Part shown: positions 36,826 through 50,061 of the stretch, one piece after another
How positions within the stretch are numbered: the stretch's first letter is position 1
Layout of the letters: each line of letters begins with the position of its first letter
Assembly (NCBI RefSeq): GCF_006345805.1
Contig: NC_042998.1
Location: 121,148,001-121,212,000, forward strand
Direction: 5' to 3'
Length of the DNA: 64,000 nt
Origin: Octopus sinensis
Lineage: Eukaryota
The notes under the pieces: model-generated
Seen by the model: the letters and a program-made list of their open reading frames with translations, nothing else
Databases searched by the model: none
What the model was told of the DNA's origin: nothing
Program-made: the position numbers and the translations under genes

Positions 36826-39584
36826 CTGCAAAAGATAAAGGAATGTCAAAAGCTGCTCAAATTGTTTTTAAACTGACAGAAAATTGTACAATTGTTATAA
36901 TTTGAAAGAAAAAATAATAAAAGAGACAAAGTAGTGAAAATAAATTTAATTTTAGTATCTAGCCATTTATGATACAAAATATTCATTGGGGGTGGGATAG
37001 ACAGTGCCCATAAACTGTGCAGGTTGTCACAGACTGGTATCTGCTCATGTTAAGCTTGAATATTTACAGTGCTTAGTACAGCAGTGATACAGATGAAAGG
37101 AGGTGAAGGTCTGCTTTAGATGATTTGGAGTATCATGCATGGTTATTGTCTTTTGTCGAGTGAGAGACAGAAAACTCGAAGACCACCCTGAGCATTACAA
37201 ACTGGCTATTCTACCACTCCATTTTCCAACTGAGAGCTCTTTTGTCTTGCAGGCATGCTAGTTTCCTGTTAAAAGCACTCCACACACACTGTAAAGTGGT
37301 TGGCACAAGGAAGGGCATTAAGTAGTAGAAACCAACCACAACAGACAATTGGAGCCTGGACAGCTGTTTGGCAGGCCAGCTCCTATCAAACCATTCAACC
37401 CATACCAGTATGGGAAACGGACATATGATGGGGAAACAATGGGGAAAACAACAGGAGAATCAAGCACAATTAGGAACAGGCATTACAAAGATACCTTGAA
37501 AGGAAACATAGAAACCATTGCACAAGAAACAAAGAGGATACAACACATTAATATCACAATGGAAGTGATGTGTTGATAAGTCAAGATTTAAGTTGGATGC
37601 TTTTAACAAATTCGTTATCATCTGCATTGTTTTTACTTTAGTGTTTCCTATGCAGTCATAGATTCATCAAGATTTATTGAAGCAATATTCTAAAGCTCCT
37701 GTTGTCAACCCGTCTGTTTATTAAAAAGTATTTTTATTCCCTAGGTCTTCATATATTGAAATTACCAAGCCACAGGTAATTATTCACTAAAGATATAAAC
37801 ATATTACCATTATCCACACAATAGCAGAGTAAAGACATGTAACGAACATTCACACATGCACAGATATACACATAATAGGCTTCTGTACAGTTTCTGTCTG
37901 CCAAATCATTCCCACACAGCAATGCCTGCATCTATTATTCAAAGTGATATAGAATGGTGGCCAAATACAATATTGATGAAGGTAAGACTAAAAAGATTTT
38001 AAATGAATAAAGTAATAAAAGTGAAACAAAACAAAAAAAAAAAAAAACTTTCCGCAAACATAGAGGGACATTTTGCTCAACAGAATCAACATAATTATTA
38101 AAATTTCACTGTCTACTTGAAAGTTAAACTAAAAGCGTTAAGACAGCTAAGTTTAGTCTTCAGAGATATGCTTCCTGTAGCCATTCTCCTGGAAAACAGG
38201 ATCATGTTAACAAAGATACACAACCCTGAAGTTTATAGACTTATTGCAACTAGAATAAGTACTTAAATATTATGCAACAGTGTTGAATTATTTAAACAAT
38301 GGTTCATAGAGATATCAGTACAAAGTACACACTTGATAGCTTGTCATACCTGCAGTCAATTGAAAAAATATAAATATATAAATAACATCCTTTTCAACTT
38401 AAAAACATGTCAGCAAATAGTCTAAACACTCCAAAGCACCAGTGACACAAGCTACTTGGAAACAATATGACTGAAAACTTTTTAGAAAGTTCTGTTGCAT
38501 TTCTTCGCTCAGGAACTTAATTGGGCAGAGGGAGTGGAGTTAAACAGCTAAAATAATCAGTACTAGAATTTAGCATATCTGACGTGAGAAGGAAAAGAAA
38601 AATCTTAGAGACAATTCTATATTCTTACTATAAATGTGTGCACTATTAAAAAGATGGATTTTATGTATTGAAATATGTATGAATATAGTGATTTTGAAAG
38701 CATGGCAATGTAGTGAAGAATTTCATTTTAAAATAATCTTGATATTTTGACCAAAAAGGCCCCTAGTCATAACTAAAGAGAATGGAAGAGTCATTTCAGT
38801 GTCACTCAAGTTTCTATGATGAGGTTTCACATATCTATGGTAACCATTCCCAATATACAAAAACTGACAAATGTAATGCAAAATACAACTGATCATACTA
38901 TCTACATATACACAAGCTAGAATTTATTCTAACATACAGACATGAAACATTGATAATCCAAAATATCTCAAACTTTGTCCTTATTTGTGTTTAATCTGTT
39001 CTCTTTCTTCTCAATAACACTGATATGGTTTTTCTAAAACTCATTTTTTTAAAAAACATGCCTCTTTATAGATTACTGTTCAAGTTAAATGCTTTTTCAT
39101 TGCTTCAAGGGTCTCATTCCAGAGGAATTCATAAGATGGAATATCAATAAAGAATTACTTTCAATACATTTCAGATATACTGTCTGATAAATGCTTTGCC
39201 TGGAGGAAACTTGAAATAACTGAGCTCTATTCCACCATCCCCATACACACATAATTGATCTTTTGATGTTTGAAGGTATTTTTTTACTGGTTATGGTCAT
39301 TAAACTGCAGTTATACTGAAACACAGCCTTCAAGTGTTTTAGTTAACCTATCAACCCCAGTACTTATTTCAGTCTTAATATTTTATTGATATCTTTTTAT
39401 TAAATTAATAAATTTTATCTTTCTTTAGTTCAAAAGCTGTAACTCAACATACCAGTTTATACAAATATTCACAGCAGCTTCTGCAAGTTTCTATTAAAAC
39501 TTCACACATAAAATATGGTCAATGAATGCTTTGGGGTCAAATCTGAAACTGATTGCAAAGTGATGTTCTTAGCCACAGAGCTTT

Positions 39585-39980
39585 CTCTTTACTCTTTTAC
39601 TTCTTTCAGTCATTTGACTGCAGCCATGCTGGAGCAAGGCCTTTAGTTAAGCAAATCGACTCCAGGACTTATTCTTTGTAAGCCTAGTACTTATTCTATT
39701 GGTCTCTTTTGCTGAACAACTAAGTTACAGGAACATAAACACACCAGCATTGGTTGTCAAGAGATGTTGGTGGGGGGGACAGACACAAACATATACACAC
39801 ATATTTATACATATATACAACTGGTTTCTTTCAGTTTCCATCTACCAACTCCACTTACAAGGCTTTGGTAGGCCCAAGGCTATAATAGAAGACACTTGCC
39901 CAAGGTGCCACGCAGTGGGACTGAATCCAGAACCATGTGGTTGGTTAGCAAGCTACTTACCACACAGCAACTCCTATGCC
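39585..39980 (-). mobile_element. tRNA-headed SINE, full length (BRI3 intron)
   Basis: Seen: head at about 39980 and tail CTTTACTCTTTTACTTCTTTCAGTCATTTGACTGCAGCCATGCTGGAGC at 39585-39635. Confidence 0.88.
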
Positions 39981-40559
39981 TATATTTATATTTAAAGACA
40001 TTCAGTATTGGATCACATGCCAACATGAAAAACATACATTAAATGATGATCTTCCTGATGAAAGACCTATTGAACAATATAGTTCCTGCTCACAAAATAT
40101 AAATGGAAGGATCAAATATGGAATGTCTTTCATCATCACAATCAGCTCAATCGTAACTGAAACTGACTTGGGTACAAGAAACAACTTTACAACTTTCTTC
40201 TTTTTGCTAAGGACTGGCAACTATTTTTAAAATTATTGAAACATAATGACCTTCCTCGAAAAAAAAAAACTAAATAAAAAATGTTTTCCATTATCTCAAA
40301 TGAGGTAGGAAACACTTATGAAATGTATAATAAATAGTACAGACAAACATTATATATGATTTGGAAAGATAGTTTGTAATAGCAAAGTGTTGAATTACTG
40401 CAACATCAAATTTAAGGTCTCAAACTTAACATTTTTACTGCATCAGTATGTCAAGTATAATGGTTTATTGTTAGCTAAGAACTTCTCTTGCAGTTGCCTA
40501 TGAAAATAGCATATAAAAGTGATTCTTCCCAGATGAAGCTGAACTGCATTTCATTTATC

Positions 40560-42030
40560 CTAATTCTGCTCCTAATTAATTGGGCTATAATTCTCTCTGC
40601 AATTTTCATCACCAGGTTCAGGAGTGATGCCTCTATAGTTGCTTTTATCTAATGCACCACCCTTATTTACTCTTGTAGCAGCTAACAATTATGCTGCTAT
40701 GCCAGTCACTGGGTATCACACCTTCCTGAATGACCTGATTAACATACAGGTGACTAGCCTGTATCCTAACCTACCAGATATCTCAAGCATCTCAGGTGCG
40801 ATTCCAGAGGGACCAGGAGCTTTCCCAGTTTTCAGGTTTTTAGTTGCCTTATCTACCATACTGTTGTCCACTAGGATAGGTGGTCCCTCTATTGGATTCA
40901 CATGAAGGAGACTCCCTTTATTCCATCCATTCTCTACATTCAACAGTCTCACATAGTAACTTTTCTGCACCACTTTCTTATCCACATCAAGTGCAAGTAT
41001 ACCATTATCCATCTGCACATATTTCTCTCCAACAATATCTGGATTCTCACTGACACACTGTCTAGCAATCTAGAACACTTCAAGTCTCTGACCTTCATGC
41101 TGTAGGACATTGGCAAACATCTTTTCAGCTTCTACCCTAGTTAGATAGGCCCGACATCTAGCCTTCTGATAGAACTCTTTGCTACCACCTCCCTTTTAGC
41201 CTTCTGATAGGATTCTTTGCTACCACCTCTTTTCCACTCTTTCCAGACCTGTCTTTCCTCTTTTATGGCCCTGTCCACATCACTGTTCCATCACCATGTC
41301 ACCCTTGGTCTGGCAGAAGCTTTGCTCCACCCACAAATTTGGTCTGTTGCCCTTAATAAATTGTCCCATAGGAACATCCAGTTGTCCTCTATATCATTTA
41401 TCTATTGCTCCCTCCTTCTCAACATAGGCCTCATTGAGGACATCTCTAAATCTCTACCCGTTCGAAGGATCCTTGAACTTCCACAGCCTCCTTTTCCATA
41501 TTGGCATGTGTCTCTGGATCTTTCTGGTCCTAAGCCTGAAGTCATTAACCACTAGCTTACGCTGAGTTGTACATTCTTCCCCTGGGAAAGATTTTGCATT
41601 TATGAGCATATATCTTACTATATCTGGTGAGGATGTAATCAATCTGGTTGGTGTCCCCACTGCCCCCACATATTGATAAGTGATCAGATAGTTAGCAGGT
41701 TTTCTGAAGTTAGTGTTCCCCCTATAGGTGCTTTTATCTAATGCACCAGCTAACAATTATGCTGCTACGCCAGCCACTTGGTATTACACCTTCCTGAATG
41801 ACCTGATTAACTATGCAGGTGACTAGCCTCTATCCTACCTTACTAGCCGCCTTGTCTCCTCCTCATTTCTGGAGTCAAAGTTGTAGCCACCATGCACACC
41901 CTGAAATCCATCAGAGTGTTTTCCAATATGTCCATTGAAGTCTCCTGCCATGATGAGAATGTTGTCATCTTTCACTGTCAAGTTAATCCTCAGAAGAGAT
42001 TTGTAGAAATGGCCCTTCTGAGTGAGTGAG
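40560..42030 (-). mobile_element. Rearranged RTE ORF2 fragments (APE endonuclease and RT N-terminus)
   Basis: Seen: ILIMAGDFNGHIG...VHGGY (APE), NAKSFPGEECTTQRKLVV and KNLKTGKAPGPSGI (RT domain 0/1). A ~110-bp segment is duplicated at about 40655 and 41733. Confidence 0.85.
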
Positions 42031-42032
42031 TG

Positions 42033-42072
<40 letters not shown>

Positions 42073-43934
42073 TTTTGATTAAGAATATCTTTGATAGTAA
42101 TAAGAGGTTAAAGGTTAGAGTTGATTGACAAGGGAGTTTTGTTGAAATAAATACAAGCATTAAATATCTAAGAGTTGTTAGCAAGGTTATCATTTCTCAG
42201 GCTATTAACCTCATCTACAGTAGAAACGAACTCTATTAATATCTACATTTACAGGTTTCAATTAGTTTTATCTCCAGGATGTATTCACAGTAGCAGACTA
42301 GTTTTTATCTGAATATTCACGAGTTATAATAAACAGAAGCTCTACTTCCTGCATTTGATGTTGCAAAAAATCTAGAACATACAAGTAATTTACTACTAGT
42401 CCTGATTCAGAAAATCTATGATCAAAGGCATTTCAGCCTAGGTCATTCCACTTTTTTGTATATTAAAGATTACATTAGTTAATGTGTGCTTTCTTTTTCA
42501 CCTGGTAAGGTAGGACTTGAGAGAAATTAGCTGTTATTTCTTGCAAGTCAAATGACTGTATCGAGACTTACACATTTGTAGTAGTTTTTTTTTTATTTGC
42601 GGTTATTCTTTAATAGCTTTATTTGTGATTATTCATTTAAACATTATTTGGTCATAGTTTCATAAATTAGTTCTTTTTGTCATCATACCATACCATACCG
42701 GAGGCTTAATCAGTAGATCACAATGTACCATCAGTCTTATTACTAGAACCAAGCTCAAGATACAGGTTTTCAAGCCCAGTTTATTTAGCTGTAAGTAATC
42801 CAGCACTACAATTTACAAGTCTCAATATTCAAAACCTTAATTCAGCACTGGATGAGTTGGAGAGTTGAAGGGCTGAACCACATTGAGCTGTTTAAATGCA
42901 ATATTGAATACAAAGTCTGCCAGCACACAAACAATCCGTTCATTATTATATTCAAGCTTGACACGATTTACTAATGTTAAATTTTGAAATGTCCGTCAAG
43001 CTAGCACAATCCCACCCTACAATTAATGCCCCTGCTTTTCAAACTGCAAACATTTAGAAGTTCACAATTCCTTCATGTTTTGTTGTGTAAAAGCCATCAG
43101 TCTTATATGTAGTGGATTCTCCAGTCTAGACAAGGAACATTCAGTTATTTGACCAACTGAATTCTTAGTTGTGAAATTAAGATGTAAACAGATACATGTA
43201 CTCTTAAAGCAACTCCCAGCTGGATCAGTCTGACACAATATAACATGGTTGGATCTTTGAATGACAACTGCAATCCAGGAAGAGAAAAATAAAAAAAAAC
43301 AGTCCAAGAACTGATACTTTATCAACTCCAAAAAGACGAAAGGTAAAGTTGGCCCCAGAATGCAGAGAGCTGGAACAAATACTGCAAGCCGTTCTCATAC
43401 AAACTGTTGTTATTGATGTTTATATAAAATGCTTTTAGTCTGCATCAAATATGAAACCATTTAAAATAAAAAATGAGTTTTGAGCCACTGCTTTAACATT
43501 GGTTTTTACCAGTCTGTTACTGGTTTTGAGAGTTTTAGTTGACCATATCAATTCCAGTACTTATTTTATCGTTTTATTTTTCAAAGCTAAGTTTTCAGTT
43601 CAATGTAAACATAGTCACAGCCATAGAGACACGCACACTAAAGACTTTTGCCTAGTTTCTATCAGTTAAATTCCACTCCCAAGGTATTAGTAACATGGTA
43701 ACATTAAAAACTGAAACTCAAATATTTAAACAATCTAAAATTAAGTAGAGCTCAGCAACTATGTGGGTTATTAGCTTTCCACTAATTTTAATAACTGAAC
43801 TTTATTTGAGGATTCTACATTAGTAAATGAGCAAGAATGCATATTAGAACAGTATTATCACAGAGGAACCAGTTTTGTTGGGACAAAAACAGTTCAAACT
43901 GAGTAATAATTTGGTAGCATGAATTATGTATATC

Positions 43935-44345
43935 ATCATCATCATCGTTTAACGTCTGCTTTCCATGCTAGCATGGGTTGGATGATTTTGACTGAGGGCT
44001 GGCGAACCAGATGGCTGCACCAGGCTCCAATCTTGTTTTGGCAGAGTTTCTACAGCTGGATGCCCTTCCTAACGCCAACCACTCCGAGTGTGTAGTGTGT
44101 GCTTTTTACTTGCCACCGGCACGGGGGCCAGTCAAGCGGTACTGGCAACGACCTCGCTCGAATCTTTTTACACATGCCACCAGCACATATATATATATAT
44201 ATCATCATCATCATCATCGTTTAACGTCCGCTTTCCATGCTAGCATGGGTTGGACGGTTCAACTGGGGTCTGGCAAGCCCGAAGGCTGCACCAGGCCAGT
44301 CAGATCTGGCAGTGTTTCTACAGCTGGATGCCCTTCCTAACGCCA
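43935..44345 (-). mobile_element. Two tandem 5'-truncated RTE 3' ends
   Basis: Seen: (CAT)nCGTTTAACGTC..CTTTCCATGCTAGCATGGGTTGG at 43935 and at about 44200, separated by (TA)n. Confidence 0.88.
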
Positions 44346-45067
44346 TATATATATATCCATCCAAAGAGAGAATAAAATTCATTGAACTATAGCTTTTTTT
44401 TTTTTTTTCAAAATCACATTTTGTCAGTAAAAGTTACAGTAGAAATACTCAAATGACAAAATAGGTATGCTGATAGAGATTTTCATTAGCAAAGCTTTCT
44501 TTAAAATAATGTAATATTTTTAAGTTGGTGTTTCCTTTCTAGCATGTTGTTTAGTTCCAAGTTACCTTTGACTGAGCAAACATTAGCAACAGTGTTCCAT
44601 TCACAGGCAACCTATCATTTATTCTGGCACAGGTATCAAGGACTACATTAGTTAATGTAGCTTCCATTTCTAAGCCAGTAGAGTGAAGCCCGAGGATGAT
44701 ATGGCTGTTATTACAGGCAAGTCGAGTAATTACAGAGACTTACCCTAGTTAGTTCATGTTTATATCATGGAAACATTAGAGGCATCCATCTTTGCAAATT
44801 TCAATTCATTGCTTCATTTTAAAATTGCTACTTTTCATAAGAACTTGTGACTTTCAAAGCAAAAAGATGAAAGCTCTTTAAAAAAAAACTAAAAAAACTA
44901 GTAGGTTTATTTTTGGAATCTCAGTAATTAAGAGAAAATGTTGGCCTTGACAGCTATAAAACGATATAATTAACAGCAATGAAATGTAGAACCAGAAGGA
45001 ATAAGAGAGAGATATTATTTAACTATGGTAAAGAAAATAAGATTAAAATTGTACAAGAGGAACTTAC

Positions 45068-45170
45068 CAGTGTTACTTTTAAAATGTTCTGACTCTTGAT
45101 AGCTAGGTGGTGGTCCTGTATATGTTGGTATAAACCCAGCGGGTTGGTTGGGTGCTGACGGGACAGACAT
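45068..45170 (-). CDS. BRI3: BRI3 coding exon 1: MSVPSAPNQPAGFIPTYTGPPPSYQESEHFKSNT(G)
   Basis: Seen: ATG at 45170; 103 nt = 34 codons + G; GTAAGT donor at 45067. G + GT of exon 2 gives Gly. Pro-rich with a PPSY motif; total CDS 366 nt, 121 aa. Confidence 0.88.
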
Positions 45171-45174
45171 GTTG

Positions 45175-45204
45175 CTAACAAAAATAACAACAAATCTGTT
45201 AGTA
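45175..45204 (-). promoter_or_regulatory. Splice acceptor 4 nt upstream of the BRI3 ATG with a perfect TACTAAC branch site, implying an upstream non-coding exon
   Basis: Seen on minus: TACTAAC (45204-45198)...TTGTTATTTTTGTTAG|CAACATG; branch A 24 nt from the AG. Confidence 0.65.
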
Positions 45205-45782
45205 CATACCAAATTAAAAAATTTTTTTAAACTAGGAGCATTTTCTAACATTAAAAACATTGTAAGAATTAAATTACATGCAGAACTACTAGTTTAAAAA
45301 TGTATTCGGCTATCGATATTTTTTTTTTTTTTGCTCAAAATTCTATCTTGAAAAGTAAGTTACAAAAGTTTTAAATTCCTAAAACCATTTTCACCTTTAA
45401 AATTAATACCTCAATCATTTTATATTTTAGTTTTAAACAATGAAGTAATTTCAAAGTCCTCATAGGTTCTTTAATTTCAAATTAACTCCATTTGGAGTTT
45501 GAGGAGGACGTGTGCAGTTTTTAAAGTATGTTAAGTATCTTTAGATAATGGATACAAAATAAAAACTGTTTGCATCCAGGTGGGTTGTTTTAACTATAGG
45601 CGTGTTTGATCACGACTCGTTAGAAACGGCCAAATCTCTTGCAATTTAGAGGTGAAGTTAATTTAAACCCTGCTAAACTGAAGCAATAAGAAATTGACAA
45701 TAAACGCTGGAATGTAATTATTCTTAACATCCATAAAATTTTAGAACATACAAAAACTTCCAGAAGTAAGAAACATACTTAC

Positions 45783-46040
45783 AAAAACTGCGTTGTTAAC
45801 GAGACTAATTGGTTAAGAAATGTTATATTTTATCTTTCTCTCACACACACAGATACCCTTTCCAGCGCAAAATTGAAACAAAACAGAAGGCTAGTTTAAT
45901 AAAACGTAACGAATTACGTGTTATTTCGCAGCTGAAATTAACTTAAGTGGGTCAAATTAGCAACAAAACTGAAAATTCTTTCTTTGACGCTAACACTTAT
46001 TTATTGATACAAAAACAGATTTACAGGAAGTGTGGAGATA
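45783..46040 (-). promoter_or_regulatory. Candidate BRI3 5' UTR exon and promoter region
   Basis: Seen: GTAAGT donor at 45782-45777 on minus; visibly more CpG in 45590-46000 than in the introns (by eye); ETS-like CAGGAAGT at 46025-46032. Inference only. Confidence 0.3.
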
Positions 46041-49000
46041 TATAAACATGGTTATATACAGTTATAAAAAAAACGAGAGGTGGGGCAAAAATGTCAAGTG
46101 GATATTCTAAACATTTAGACAAATATATACATATATATATTATAAATAAACTTTTATATGAAGAAAATATTTATAAAACTGTAATTATTATAACAGTTAT
46201 TTTCAGACTATTTTTCTTATATTTATTTAAAAAGCCATTTGTGCTGGCCGAGATAACAAAACAGGCATGTAAGTGCAATTATTACGGGGAAATTACTGAC
46301 GGTTTCTAAGGCCAGCAAGAGCAATAGAACCGAGTGAAAAGATTGTCTCATGGAATATAATAATGGAAACATTGTTTAGTTTCAGGGTCATTGTGGACTA
46401 ATACTGCGACTGGGTCCAGCGACAAATTTGACCGGTTCCAATCCACAATACTATACACATACATAGCCATCACCAGACTACTGATCTAATGTCCAGCTAC
46501 TGAGTTCAATTGATAACAAAACTATTGACAAGTTTCAGCCAAGCTGGACAGGTGCGGTCACATTTTCAGTCAGCTGTTTCTTTAACAAGATGTCCACAGA
46601 TTTCACAATTGTTTAGCTAATCAACTAACAAGATACATCTTCATAGAGAATGGAAACTAAATCACATAATTCAAGACAATATAGATATTTCAATATAGAA
46701 AGACCAACAACGAGAACGCATACAACACACACACACACACAAACTAATAGTTGAGAGAAGAGAAAGGGATCGTTGATAAAATGTGAAAAGTCTTACAATG
46801 TCTTCAGAGAAGTTGGTCCCAGAGAGATGAATGGACGTGAGTGTCTGCCAGTAATGAAAAAGTGTCAGTCAATGTGTCCGATGATGAGAGAAGCAATGTT
46901 GAGTGTATCTGATGTCGAAACTTCCCTAGGATATTACTATAGATTGCTGACTTGCAGCTGTTCTGTTGAGTAGATAAGAAAATAGAATGACCCAAGGCCG
47001 GGGCCACAGGAAGCCTGTGTTTGTAAGAGACCAGGAGACAGCAATGGGTTATGGTAGACAGTATCACATTAATCTATAGAGAACGAAGACAGTGTGACAT
47101 CAATATATATATAGAAATGAGACAGTGTGACATCAGTATATGTATAGTCGAAATAAAACAAGGCGACAAGTCCTATGATTCTCTGACGTCATAGCATCAC
47201 AAGATTCTTTAGTAGAGCAAATACGGAAAGCCGTCGTTTCGTATAATTTCTACACAACTCTTGCAGCATATTATGTAATTTTAAAATTAACTTTTGTTCA
47301 TATATATTTAAATTATAGTTATTTTCCTCTAGTATTTAACTGATTCTAGTTAGTTTTTCGTTCATTTTTTTCGCGCTTTCCCCTCTTTAATATTAATATT
47401 TATTCCAAATGTTTTTCCGTATTTTACCCACAGAATAAATCATGTAATCTTATAGTACTGTCAAACTGTGCCCTAGACTTGGTGCTAAACGCGTTTACTA
47501 CATTTTGCCTGCACTCCAAACACCACATTTTGTCCAGACTTAATACTTCCGTGGTGCTATATTCTATTCAGTCTTAACTGCTTGTATCTAGCTATACGCT
47601 CCAGATTCTAAGCTTCAGTCACGCTGCCATACTCTAGTCAGTCGAAACGTTTAGAGTCGCAGTGCGATTTCCTTACAACAGACCTTATAATTTAGTCATG
47701 GGCTCAATGTGTATAATACATTGAACACCTTTCGGTTGGAAAAATCTTAATGAGCTGCCTAACAGCATCATTCACCAACACAATGTTCCCTAATGACAGA
47801 TAAAGAAGTGAGGCTTAAAAAGGTGAACGACGTCGTCGACTAATACCGAAAGGTTATTTTTTTTTTCAGTTTTAATTAATTTGTTCTGAGAAAAGATACT
47901 ATACTCATGCCTTTATTAAGCTTTCAAAAACTGGCGAGATTGACAAAGTTAACATTGCTCTTGAATATTTATAAGTCGTCAGCAGCAGGAAGATGATGTA
48001 CAGATTGGAAATTCAAGGCAAGACTGAGTGTAATGGTTGGTGTGGTGGCTGGAGGCTGAACACAAGATAGATGACGAGAGGAGGAAAGATGAGTGAGTCG
48101 GTAGTGTTTCAGTGAAAGTAGCACAAGACCAAAATAGAAGCCTTCAATTATAGCTATACTCAATCAAAGCTAACCTGGGACTAAACAACAACAAACGGTC
48201 CACTAACTTTGAAATAACTCGGCTTTCTAGCAAGAGATGCTGTTGTTTAGCCTCAAGACTGCCTTAGTTGATTAAACTTATGATCAAAAGCTGTCATGGT
48301 CATTTCATCTTTTTCAGGAGTATCTATAACTATATAAACCAATGTGTTTATGCTTTTTTAAAGACAGTAGGTTGTGATTTTAGAGAACTTTGGTTGCTGT
48401 TTCTAACAACCACTAAGTAATTGTTCTAATGAACGACTGCACCGAAGTTTCATTGCTGGTTTGAGAAATGATGGAATTAGTGTTGTGAATGCAATGAAAC
48501 ATAAACTCCATTTGCTAAGAACATACTACTCTATCTTACAATGTTCACCACCTACAGCTTTCATATAACTTCACTGTGTAAAACAGCTAGATAGCTGTTG
48601 ACTACCCAAACTTCAACGCTACTGTCAGTGATAGAGCAAGAGACAAATGCATGCAATATTTAGTTATGACCCTATTTGGTTGAGTTCAAATTCCATCAAG
48701 GTCAATTTTACCTTTCACTTTCTCGAGATGGATAAAATATGATATAAATCAAGTACTGCAATTGTTTTGTGTGCGCACACATTTTTCAACTTGCACACAA
48801 AAGAGATTAACCCTTTGAACAAAGGCTTTGGAACATAGGGTACAAGCACACCCCCTAAAACTTTTGTGGGGTAATGATAACACTTTGAACCTGGGTTGCA
48901 CTCCCTCAGCAAATTTGTCCCTGTACTTATGCCTTTGAATCCATGAGTACATTTTAGCAGGCATGATTTCATTTGAGTATTCTAGAAAATGAAAGAGCAG

Positions 49001-50061
49001 GCAGCTTCTTGGATGTTGTGCTTACAGCTGACGATAATGATGTTTCTGCTAATTAGGGAGCTGTAAACACATAACCACTTGGTAACTGCTTTTTCATCTT
49101 CCAGGAGTATAAGTCAAATGAAATTATGCTTGCTAGAATGCATGAAATTTGAAGTCTAAAGTAATAGATAATTATATATAGTTTTGTGATAAAAACAAAA
49201 AATTTGACATGAGATTTTTTTGTTCACATTGCATTAAAATTTATATTGGTCTCTTAGATAGATGTAGTGGAATTAGGACAAAACTAAGAGTAAAATTCTG
49301 GAGAGATGAAAAATGAAAGCTCAAGACAGGTTATTCACTCCTCATGGCAATTGAATTAAATGAACTCTTTTACAAATTTGCACACAGATAAATTGTAACC
49401 AACACAGACCATCACTAGCTGTACAAACATCATAGATTGCCCATACAGTTATACTGCTGGTCGCTCTCAATAGTTTAACAGCACACCAGACAATAACCCG
49501 GAATTTTTAAGTCCTGGTGCTTGCTCGATAACTGCTGACTCTACGCTGGGTTAATCTATTCTTTTGATAAACTTGGCGTGGGAAGCCAGTTTAGTTGCCT
49601 ACAAGCCAACCGTGCAGCAAGTTGTACTGGTGTAGATGTTATTAGTAGCACACGTGAGTGACCTAACATAAATTACAAAAATAGAGAATGAATTAAAACC
49701 ACTAATCTAAAATTTTCTGTAATGCAATTATAGAATCTTAACAATAGAAGAAAAGGGAAACATTTTTTTCTAACTCTGACAATGTATGTCACTGGATAAA
49801 TTGTTAGGAAAAGGATAAGACAATAATATATACTAGAAATAACTAATAAAAACAGCTTTTGGAGAGATTGGTGAAGTTATATGTATAGATTGGACAGCTT
49901 GAGAAGATTAATCTTTGCGCCAATGGTGGTAATGGTTGTGGTGATAATATGTGCAACTTAGAGTTGAAGAAATGGAGGTTACAGATATGTAATTAATGTA
50001 CAATGTGTGTGTATGTGGTCATCAAACTGCCAGAGTCATTTATGCTTTGTGCTTTGTGGTT

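Noticed and set aside
46773-47067. Short ORFs on both strands, possibly an old L2-like endonuclease remnant
   Set aside because: Similarity too faint to support by eye.
47600-47670. GAAACGTT followed by TAGAGTC pairing with upstream GATTCTA, like a hammerhead stem I
   Set aside because: The CTGANGA core is absent on both strands.
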